From Lama guanicoe (Eukaryota), in contig MU054212.1 in the NCBI GenBank assembly GCA_013239625.1, positions 62,001-126,000 on the forward strand: a stretch of 64,000 nt of DNA, written 5' to 3'. The position numbers and the translations under genes are program-made. A model generated the notes under the pieces. It ran no database searches. It was not told the origin of the DNA and worked only from the letters and a program-made list of their open reading frames with translations. This document shows positions 53,669 through 64,000 of this stretch, one piece after another. How positions within the stretch are numbered: the first letter of the stretch is position 1; every line of letters begins with the position of its first letter.

Positions 53669-53739
53669 GTGTGCACTGTTACCTCGGCCTGAGCTCCTCT
53701 TCTTCTCCTCCTCCCTGGACCAAGTCAACCCTCCACCTA

Positions 53740-54350
53740 CCCCTCTGTGTCGTTTTCACAGATGCCTGCCTGGCTTCTCTGTTTCCAGTCTCTGCCCACC
53801 AGCCTGTGCATAATTTTTCAGGCTCTCCCTGAAAAATCTTTACCAGAACCAATGCAGATCCCGCCACTCCCTCAGTGCCTCAGAAACCTCGGACGCCCAT
53901 CCACAGTGTGGCGTCCAAAGCCCTTCCTGAGCTGGCCCCAGTTTGCCCTTCCAGCGCCATCTCGGCCACTTCCCACCGCACTGCCCTGGCCCTGGCCCAT
54001 TTCCAGTCCTCTAAACGTACCTTACGCTTTGTCCACCTGGGAAGCTCTTCCTCTCAGCCCAAGAAGCAGCATCCTGCCGTCCACCACCACACTGCCCCGA
54101 ACACCACTGCTCTCCCCTACCGTCACGGTCCACCTCTGACACCATCTTACCTGTGATGTCTTCCTGGACTCAGGTGAAACAGCCCCCGCATCAAATTCCC
54201 TCAACACAGCATACTTATTGGACACATTGAACTGACTTGTTGAGTATCTTTTTTTCCTTCTGAGCGTAGAATTTCTGTCTGTTATGGATTTTGATTAATT
54301 CATTCCCAATTCCTGGCATAGAGCCAGATACATAATTATTAATAACCAAC
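53740..54350 (+). mobile_element. L2 fragments
   Basis: 'gtccaaagcccttcctgagctggcccc...ctggccc...ttccagtcctctaaacg...tcctggcatagag'. Confidence 0.6.
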
Positions 54351-55124
54351 AAATGATAGAAAATAGTTGATGCTCATGGACTGAGATACCAGTTTAAATG
54401 GTGGTTAGAAACATTTTTAAGACGAGAGCGTGCAGTTCACTTTAGAATTATTTATGTTCACAAACATTTGTATTTGTAAAAAGTAGTGTGCCCAAAAGAG
54501 ATAAATTTCAATTATATAGAAATATACTTCTCTAGAACACCTCATTACGTCTCAGTTTCAGATAAATAAAGATGTTATTTGAAACAACAAATGCACAATT
54601 TAAAAAACTCCAGACCCTGGTCCACGGCATTAGTTCATGAGTGATCTCTAACCAGAAAGAGAGAATTACATATACATATATATATAAATTTTACATATTG
54701 TACCTTTTTGGCGGTCAACTCAATCAGCAATCTGGATTTACTGGGACGGCCCCACGGTGGAGTCAGACAGGCTGAGGGACGCGGTGACGTGTGCTGACCA
54801 GTTCTTTGATGTACCACCTGCACATTGTGGCTTATGGCTCAGGTTCCTCCGCTATAGAAAGGACACAACATTGCTTATCACACAGGATGGTATAAAGCAA
54901 CACAGTTAAACCCTTTGGATTATTATCCCATTAAATTTGAATATGGATAGGATCTCGGGTCAAGTTTACTTTTGTACTATTCATAGAAGAAAAGGTTTAG
55001 AAAATCAAGAACCATATAAACCACATTGCTGGGAGGAGAAATGTGAAAATAAGCAAATAAACTGTCTTTAAGCCACATCAAACATTAGAAAAGCATTTAT
55101 TTGCATATAGATGAATGATACAAC

Positions 55125-55830
55125 TGCCTCTGCCTGGAACCATTTTTCACTTTCTCCTTTCTTCTAACTTTTACTCACACTTCAAGTCATGCCTTAACTG
55201 TCACTCCCCGTGGGGTGCCTCCACTGATCCCTAGACTAAGTGACTCACTCCTATTGTGTATTCTTAGACTACCCTATGTCCTCCATTATTTTAATTGCTT
55301 ATTTGTTATCTGTCTTCCTTGTCAGGCAGCAAATTCCACAGGAACAGTAGCAGAGATGTCCTTAGCACTTAGCACAGTTCCTGGCACACTGCCCAAAAAA
55401 CACTTGTTAAGTGAATGTGCGAATGAGTAAGTGATATGCTAATTACAAATCACAGGTTCCTCTAAGAAACTTTTTCTGAACAACTCACTAAGTGGATTGA
55501 ACATTCACTTCTTTAATCTTTCTCTCTCTCACTCACTCACTCTTTTTTCCAACAACTATTTATTAAATGCCTACTTTGCATCAGACTCTGGATAAGGTGA
55601 TGAAGTGCACACATTGCTCTGCCCACAGTGACTCACTGCATCCTGCTCATGTGCATCCAGAACTCCCATAATGCTCTGCAGCACTTATTTACTAACATTT
55701 TGATCTCCACAGGTCGACTGTGAGCTCCTAGAACTCAGAATCAGGGTCTTGTTCGTCTTACATCATCAGAACTTGGCACAGTGAGTAGCACACAGTAAGT
55801 ACTTCACAATTGCATGTAGTGTGTGAGTGA
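55125..55830 (+). mobile_element. Two L2 3' ends
   Basis: 'agcacttagcacagttcctggcacac...ttgttaagtgaatg' and 'gactgtgagctcctaga...ggcacagtgagtagcacacagtaagtact'. Confidence 0.75.
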
Positions 55831-55899
55831 AATATTTTAAATGATACGGTCCTTTGGAAATCGACTTGGCAAAATGAATTGAGTACCCTAAAATACTGA

Positions 55900-57560
55900 T
55901 ATCCAGTGTTGCCTAAGTCATTCAAATTGAAACAAAAATATCTGTATAAAAATATTCATTATTTATAACAGCAAAATTGGGAACCAGCTAAATGTCCATC
56001 TGTAGAGAGAATGTTAAATAGTCTTTAGTATATGTCTATATGTTGGGATATTGTCCAGGCTTTATAAATGATTTTAAGAAAGAGCATAAGAAAATAATTA
56101 TGAAATAATGTTAAACTAAAAAATAAGTATTTAAATTTCAAATGCCATATTTGTTTTTTTTAGTTAAAGCCATCTAATCATAGGAAATACAATACCTGAA
56201 AGAAATATACCAAAATTGCATGTATTTGGTGAATGATCAGTGGGCATTTTGCTTTAATTTCCTTACATGTAAGTAATTTCCAAATTTTCTTAAACAAACA
56301 TTTTCTCATTTTATAACAAAAATAATGTCACTAAAGGCTGCCATTTCCAGCCATTATGGAATAATAGGAACCAAAATTTCCCTCTTACCTTAAACAACTA
56401 CAGAAGTGGACAAAATACATGAAATAGGAGTTTTAGGTAATGGACAACAGGTAGCATAAGAGGATAATCCTTAGACAAGGTAAACATATGAGGTGATCCC
56501 TATGAAGGACCCAGCTCACTGCCTGGAGGGAATTTCAAGCTCACAGAACAGGGATGGGGAGCCCACATGTAGCCTAGAGGGATCCCTGAGTTGAGAAAGC
56601 AGAGTTCAGAGTTTAGGAAGCTAGGATTTTCTGAGTGAGTATCAGAGGAGGAGGGAACCGCAAGAGGATTTCCCTTGAGTCTTGGATTCTGATCTATGCG
56701 TTTGTGCAGGGAAACTAAGGCTAAGGAAAGAACCACTGGAAAGAAGCAGATGGAAAAACCACCAAAGTTCATACATAGCCTGAAATAGTCAGTTTGCTAG
56801 ATAAGAGCAAAGAGAGAAAAGACCTCCTTCACCTGAGCATTTGGTAGAGTCCTCAGAAGTGAATTGCCTTGGAATTGGGGCCAAATGATCTCTAGACTGA
56901 AAGTTGTTCTGAACCTACAAAATAGTGGCAAACTTTATAGCAAAACCTTGAAAGGATCAAACCATTCCCAAAGTAACTTAACTGCATTCTAGAACAAAGC
57001 ACAATAATTTTTAAAGGACTCCACACTTTTCTAACTTCACTCAACAATATAAAATGAATGACGTCTGACATTCAATAAAAAATTACTACAGACATAGAAG
57101 CAGAAAGATTGACATATCAGTAGGAGAAATATCAACAGAAACGGACCTAAAGTGACAGAGATCAAAGAATTAATACACAAGAGTGTTAAAACAGCTGATT
57201 TAAGTATACTCCATAGTTTCAAAACTTAGGGAAAAGTATGAGAATAATGAGGAAAGGAGAGGAAAATGTAAGATCCAGATCAACATCACAGACATGAAAA
57301 AATAAATATCTAAGATGGAAAATATACTTGATCAAATTCAGAAATTAGACACTGCAGAAGATACAATCAGTGAACTTGAAGACAAAGCAATAGAATCTAT
57401 CCAAAATGAAATCAGAGGGGAAAAAGCAGGGGTGAAAAAAAAACAGAGCATCTGTGAGCTATGAAATAATATCAAACAGCCTGACATATGTAGAATTTGA
57501 ATTCCAGAAAGGGGAGGTGCAACAGAAAAATAATATTACTAAAACTTTTTCAAAAGTTTA
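55900..57560 (+). mobile_element. L1ME-like 3' remnant followed by old L1 5'UTR/ORF1 fragment
   Basis: 'cagctaaatgtccatc'; ORF1-like 'attagacactgcagaagatacaatcagtgaacttgaagacaaagcaatagaatctatccaaaatgaa'. Confidence 0.78.
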
Positions 57561-57689
57561 TCACCTTTCTATCTTGCAAAAAAAAGTATTACTGAAAACT
57601 CTTATGACACATATCTGGACCACTACTCAGACCATAAAGAATAAAAAGTCTTCTCTTCAGGGACTTTAATTTAACCCCTTTCTCCTCAC

Positions 57690-58140
57690 CCCATTTTTAT
57701 TGAAAAAATCTTCAAACCTATAGAAGAGTTTCAAAAATACTACAATTAGCACACATCTACTTTGTACCTAGCTTCACCAATTGTCATTCAGCCATAGTTG
57801 TTGCTTTCTCTCTTTCTCTCTTTTTATACATAAACACATACATACATACACATACACATATATTTAAGAGGAAGTTACAGACATCATGACACATCACGCC
57901 TGCATATTTCAGCATGTATCTCTTAAAAACAAAATCCTTCCTGTATATAAACATAATATAATTATCATACACAGAAATTAAGCATTGCTACAATATTTTT
58001 ATTTAATAAATATTCCGCATTCATGGGGTTATGGCTATTTGTGTATATTACTTGGAGAAATGTCTATTCAAATCCTTTGCCCATCTTAAAATCTGGGTTA
58101 TTTGTCTTTTTATTTGTGCCATTTGTTGAAAAGACTAGGC
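57690..58140 (-). mobile_element. L1MC4/L1MC5-like 3' end
   Basis: 'aaaatcttcaaacctatagaag...aagttacagacatcatgacac...atttcagcatgtatctcttaaaaacaa'. Confidence 0.78.
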
Positions 58141-58244
58141 TTTCTCTATGGAATGCTCTTCCTGTGTTTTTAAAAGAGATTAGAGAGTCTTCAATAACAG
58201 GTGGAGAACAGAACAAAAGAAATACAATTATTTATATCTAATGT

Positions 58245-58436
58245 TGGTGTTGCCATATTTAGAAAGTAAAAAATGCAGGACATCTAGTTAAATTTGAATT
58301 TTGGATGAACAATGAATAATTTTTTAGCATCAGTATAGCCCAAATATTGCATAGACATACTTACACTAAAAATTATTTGTTGTTTATCTGAAATTCAAAG
58401 ATAATTGGATGTCCTGTAGTTTATCTGGAAACCCTG
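58245..58436. mobile_element. MER53 (hAT MITE), full length, near-palindromic
   Basis: Termini 'tggtgttgcca' and 'tggaaaccctg'; 8-bp TSD tctaatgt (58237-58244) / tgtaatgt (58437-58444). Confidence 0.9.
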
Positions 58437-61271
58437 TGTAATGTGTCTCCATTGAACGTGCCCGGCTGCTTAGGCTTGGAGAAACCAGTTACACATTGCA
58501 CAGAGATAACTAGAAATGTCACCAGCTATCTTTCATCATGTATCCAGTACTATGTGACCTTGAATGTGCTTATCCCTCAATACTTGAGGTTTCTCTTATT
58601 GCAAAACAGAATTCTTACTAGAGATAAGGAGAGCCAGTAATTATACATAAGGCCTCTTTACATAGTGTCATATGCTTGCTAGTTTGTTTTATTTTTTAAA
58701 ACCCTGCACTGTAATTTTGAGGTTTCTTTACACTCTCTTGACAGTTTTAGAGTCAGCCCGCCTCTTTCTTCTCCATTCTATTCTGTCTTTCCTAAGGGTA
58801 GGAAACTGAAAACGAACCAGCAGGCTTACAGGGCTGCAATATAGTCCTGATACACTCTGTAACTGACATATATTCTGGTCAGGAGGATAATCTCTCCTGG
58901 TCCTTCAAATCTGGGAAGAAATTTTTCAGCAAGTTGACCAACATTCTCCCTTCTCCCCCAAAAGAGAACGGACTATCAATCAGACTGTCAGTAGACCTGC
59001 ATCCATGCCCTTCAGCTCTGGTGTGGGCTAGTTATCCAAACAGCCTGTGAACCAGGTGGCAGATAGTTGCTGTTGATACACAAGAAGCTACATTGAAGCA
59101 GGCTGTGAAAACTGCTCTCGGTTTATTAGGTTCTATGTCAGAATTGTGGTGGAGACCTTGACCTCTGCAGGTTGAAATCAGAAAGGGTCCTGTGCCTACT
59201 TTGTAAAATCCATTGATTTAATAGATGTACATCCACGAATGGTCTACTATTTTCTCCATTGAACAGACATGTTCACAGATTCATAAATTGCTTTGGGGGG
59301 AGGGGAACTTAAGAGCTACAGAATGAGATACTTATGCTTTTTCTATAAAATCTTTAAATAACAACATGTCTGAATGTCCTTTTTTTGGTCTTCATTTCTC
59401 AAGATTTCAGAGCAGACCCTTCTGTATAGAAAAGGTCTGAGTATGTATTCTCTCTCTTGGCGCTTGCTAAGATTCCTTCTTCATAGCCATTTCCACTGGA
59501 AAGTTTTTGTGAAAAATTGGTTCTTCTACACATTTTTTACATAATCCATTCATGTAGCATCTGAGCATAACTGTGAGATGTTTACTTGGCCTCAGGTCCC
59601 CCTGGAAAAATTCTGACAATAATTATAATAAAACCTTAGTAAATTTTAATGAAAGGAGCAAAAGTGAAAAATAATCCCAAGAATTTAGAATTCACAAGGT
59701 TGGGACTATTTGAAATTTTTACATGATTATCTATCTAAGTCACCTAAAAAATAAGCCTATTGTTTCGTGTGATTACATCAAGAGCATTATGGGAATGGTC
59801 AGACTTTCAAAACTCCATTAAAGTCTGAGATTTTTTTCAAAAGAAAAAAATGTTATTTTCTTCTGATTAGAAGTTATAAGTTTTAGATATGGGCAAAGTG
59901 TAAGTTTCTCAAATGACTAATTCTAGTTTAAACTGCAATTGGAAGTTTAATTTCCATAGCATCTACTTTTGCTTCTATTTCTTAAAAGATAATATACATT
60001 GCTCTAGAGAATTTGTTTCCTGCAATGAACACACTATCTGTGGAATCGCCAAGAAGCAAAAGCCTCATAGAATAGGTTTTATTATTCTCACTTTACAGTG
60101 AGACTCTGAAAAACTGTGTCATTTCCAAGGGTACACAGCTGATATTTTAACCAAGGTTAAATCGGCTGTGACTACAACCACACTCAACATTAGATGAAAC
60201 ATTATTTGTAACCAATATTGGCTTACATTAATGTTAGCAAGATTAACAACTTTGGCATTGATAGCTTTGGTTTGGTTGATATTAGTGTCAATAATAAATA
60301 AGGAGAACGTTGATTTTGAAGGAAGCCTGAGATTTTGAAAGCAATCAAGACTTTGGGAAGTCTCCTTTTGAACGACACGTTTACAAGGGGCAGGCAGTTA
60401 GTTGATAGTCTGAATCACTGCCAAGACGATTGCATACTCAGGGGTGTGTGGATGAAGATCCACTTCTCCCAGCAGCCAGGGCTCAGACACCCCAGACTGC
60501 AGTTATCTCTGTCCTTGATGTTACAGCCTCTGGGGTCAGGAGTCCAGCTCGGAAACAGCTCCTCAATTACCCATTTACAGGAGGCTCTCAGTGTAGCACC
60601 CTTGACATGTCCAGATTTCGTGTTATCTTCTCTTTGATCTATAGTAGTGTTTGAGCTTTGTCAAAACACAGGAGTCAGTGGGGATGGATCTCTTCAGGCT
60701 ACTATAAAAACCAAGCTAATTAAACCATTCAACCCTTCATAAAAATCACCCGTGATGGTAATTTGGTCTTCACTTAGCTGAATAAAATCAAGAGGAATTC
60801 TGGTATGACTAGGAAGCTACAGCCAACATCTAAATTAAGTACCTATCACCTCTTTCTCTCTCTTTACTTCTACTTTGAAAATGTGCCTTAGAGGTTGGGC
60901 AGCTTTTAGATCAAAGTATACAAAAGGACCATTAACTGTATCACTGAGTAGATTCTGCTCTACATGAGCTTAAAGGTGTACAATAAAATCCCAAGCAGCG
61001 GGTAGCCCCTCAGGCAGGCTTTGTCTGGAGTATTCTAACTCATCCCTCAGGACTCTGGCCCTAGCTTTGCCTCATAACTGAGCCATTTGGGGCTCCATTT
61101 TCTTTCCCTGTAAAATGAAGAAATTGGATGAAATAATAGGACTCTAGATCATTTCCCGCTTTCAGATTCTATGATTTCCAAGTGATCATGGCTTCCCACT
61201 TTTGCTGAAGGTTGGGTGTGTTTGAATGCGCGGGAGTGGAAAGTGAGGAAGGGGACGGGGAAGGTGAGAAT

Positions 61272-61316
61272 AAAGCTCAAGGTCAAAAAAAAAAAAAACA
61301 AAAAGCTCAAGGTCAA
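61272..61316 (+). mobile_element. Poly(A)-only retrotransposition scar with 15-bp TSD
   Basis: AAAGCTCAAGGTCAA at 61272-61286 and 61302-61316 flanking A12-C-AA. Confidence 0.8.
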
Positions 61317-62879
61317 TCAAAGCCCTGGCTGTGGTTTCCTGTCTGTCCTGAAAATGCGGGTTTCCCAAGCTTCAGAGCCAGAGTCTTATTTGTTACTCTA
61401 CTATGGTTAACAATCAGCATCATTAACAATGGGTGTGCACCACACAATCAAAAAGACCCTATGGTATTTGGCAATTAAAAGTTTCATAAAGGAACTGTTG
61501 GCTCCCTTTTGTCTGTGGTAAGGTACAGATGAAAAACAGAAAAGTCAATTAAAATGATCTTAGAAACTCTCCATTGCTTTTTTAAAAAAGTGAATATAAC
61601 CATAGACTATCTAATGCTAGTAGCTGTTAGTGTTTGCAGATGTTAACTGAACCCTGTGAGATGAGATGGTTGTGTACAGAACCTCCTCGTTCCAGAGGGT
61701 TCCGTGCTACCTAAGCAGCTCGACTGTCCCCGATGTGCGAAGGACGTGCTTTTTGAGCACACAAAAAAACAGGCCCTCCAGTGTTTCCCATGAGGTACTG
61801 TGTGGGAGGAAAACTCAGTCTTAGCCAACACTGTCCCACAGCGAAGGGACTTCCATGACCTAGAGGAGAATGAGTCAAGTGGCATCAATCCATGAGAACA
61901 GCTACATTTTTAGCAGAAATCAGAGGACTGAGAAGGCATTGCTTGTATCAGGAGCCAGGGTACCGTGTATTATTGCTGAGTGCCTACTATGTGCCAGAAC
62001 AATTCCCCAGGAATAAGAATCAATGGGGGAACATAGCCAAAGGGTCCCGGCCCTTAATGGAACAGAGTTTAGCAAAGGAGGCAGATTTTAAGGGACTAGG
62101 TCCAAGCTGTGACTTCCTAGCTGTGCAGACATTGGAATTTCCCAAGCTTCAGAGATAGCTGGTCTTAAAGTCACAACAAGTGCAATGAGGGAGAAGTACA
62201 AGGTGAAAAGAAAGGCAGGTTGGTCAATTTTCAGAGCATGAGACCTCTAACGACAACCATCTTCAGGATCTCAGAAGGATTCATAGAATTGTCAGGGTTA
62301 ATAATAGGAGTAAGCGTTGCCACTTTCTGGGTCTCAGTGATACACTAGTGACCGTGTACTTCCCATGCACTATCGCATTTAAAACAGGGGTCAGACTCTG
62401 GGATCTCCACTTTGGACAGGCTGATGATCCACAAACTAGAGTGTGAGAAGGGGCTTCTATTTAGTTTGGATACAGAACATGCTTTCATTTGCAAGAAAAG
62501 AAAGGCTCAGGATTTTAAGTTTGCTAATAACCTTATTAAATTGTGATAATATGCTATTATTATTCACATGCAAAAATGTGGTCACTGATGAAGCCGCAGT
62601 GCCATATAATTGTGGGTTGTTTCACTAGTCGTGAGAATAAGTTTGGGCTCTTTGGGGTCTCAGGTAGGTGGATGGCTGGAGGCCAGTGGGCAGCATGGTG
62701 TCATGGAGCGCAGAATCATGGCCTCTGTCCTCCCCCCATGCCGCCAGCCCCATTAACCCCGCCCACACCCTGGGAGGGGATGAAGTATAACTGACTTGTA
62801 TCAAGTTCAAAGTGTGGCCTCATTCTCTTTGTCCTCTCCCAATACAGCTTCCTGGCCAGACATGGCATTACTGGGGCAT

Positions 62880-64000
62880 GAGTATGGGACTGTGTAGTTT
62901 TACTAATGTCAAGATAGTTTTATAAGCCATTGTGTAAAAAGTTAAATGCAAGTATTCAAAGTCCCACTAAATATGAATTTTCTTGGACAACTAACAAAGC
63001 AGCTCAGTAGACTAAGCAAAGATTTAGTTTTAAGAGACCTAAAAATAGTGTGCCACTAACATCTTTGTCCAGTAACACTGATGATTAATAACAAATTAAA
63101 AGGAGAAATTCATTTGTGAGGTATTTATTAGTACCTATGCAAAGATATTCATCAGCACAAATTCCTGTTTCCCAAAATATAAAAATATTTAGGGTATACT
63201 TATATTTAACATTAAATTCTAACCAAAACTTGACCAGAATAAGAGAATTGGGAAACCATGTAATATTCCAACTGCATGAGTGGGTAAGGGAGAAAGTAGG
63301 AGGCAGATAAAATAAATGGTAAGAAAGAGCATATGACTCATATTGTTGATAAAAATAGTTGTCCTTTCAACTAAAAATTTTTAATAATGTCTAAAATAAG
63401 TCATTGTCTAAGGGACTTTGGTAGGGTCAAAATCTTTGCTATGCCTTTTAAATTACCAATAGATATTTTGACTTCTTTTGGAAAAGAAAGTTTTTGTTTT
63501 GTTTTGTGTTGTTTTAATGGTTTAAAAGTTTTCATTGAATTTCCTCTCATATGATACTTAACTTTTTGACATGCGGTCATTTAAAGATATTCTGGATTTT
63601 ACTAACTATTGGTGATGAAGAAATGCAATGGAAAGAACAAAAGTAGGGGGTTTATTGCCTTTGTCCCCTTAAACCTACGGGCAGGTCCCACTGAGATCCC
63701 TGAGGATGCCGACCCACTAGACCCACTCTCCTGCCCATTGTGCACCACTTTGATCAATTGGGATTTTTTTTTTTTTGGAGGAAGTGGGAGATAAACACCA
63801 GTATTTCATGTGTGCTGAATTAGAGATAGGGTTTTTCTAGATAAATGTGGGGGAAGGAGTGGTATGCATTTCCGGAAGGAAACAATGTGAAAAATTGTGG
63901 GCATGGGGTCAGGAAGAAGGAGCAGCTTCCGCAGCCCAGTTTGGCTGGTGCAGAGACATGACGTGATGGAAGACAAGGGCGGAAAAGCCGGTTGGGGCAA
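62880..64000 (-). other. Putative terminal exon (C-terminal codons + 3'UTR) of a gene lying to the right
   Basis: GC/CpG-richer 63909-64000 reads APTGFSALVFHHVMSLHQPNWAAEAAPSS* (TGA at 63911-63909), then about 1 kb repeat-free AT-rich DNA with AATAAA (-) at 63656-63651 and 63129-63124. The other two frames are also open over this short stretch. Confidence 0.4.

Noticed and set aside
1577..54860. Scattered short peptide resemblances to RGS22/RGSL1 (EFLSLPV near 1580, QIRWSKSM near 2710, ETPFFT near 6930, LWLRFLRYRK near 54840)
   Set aside because: Matches are 6-10 residues from memory, flanks do not align and RGS-domain spacing is wrong. An HMMER search with the RGS profile would be needed, so no gene name is assigned.
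1..64000. Prokaryotic-type systems (CRISPR, operons, defence islands), rRNA, tRNA
   Set aside because: Sequence is mammalian repeat-rich DNA; no repeat-spacer array, long ORF or structural RNA gene was recognised.

Overview
Eutherian mammal genomic DNA, not prokaryotic: no operons, CRISPR arrays, rRNA or tRNA were seen. Much of the window is old interspersed repeat (L1MA/MB/MC/MD/ME fragments, L2, MIR, ERVL/MaLR LTRs MER21, LTR33 and MLT1, and DNA MITEs MER20, MER58, MER53, MER46C and a Tigger). I recognised no young lineage-specific SINE, and a young L1 3' end at 22675-22893 resembles the camelid type, so a camelid source is my best guess (inference). No intact protein-coding gene could be named. 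Almost all supplied ORFs are chance ORFs or L1 debris. The unique DNA between repeats holds a co-oriented series of + strand exon-like segments with good splice sites (about 1-55 kb). Some are stop-free and some carry stops, which suggests a decaying multi-exon gene or a spliced lncRNA. The right end looks like the terminal exon and 3'UTR of a convergent - strand gene. Clear retrotransposition scars include a twin-primed L1, a TSD-flanked poly(A)-only insertion and a nested L1. I found no convincing novel biological system; the putative decayed gene is the best lead. Repeat names come from my recall of consensus sequences and boundaries are approximate (tens of bp).
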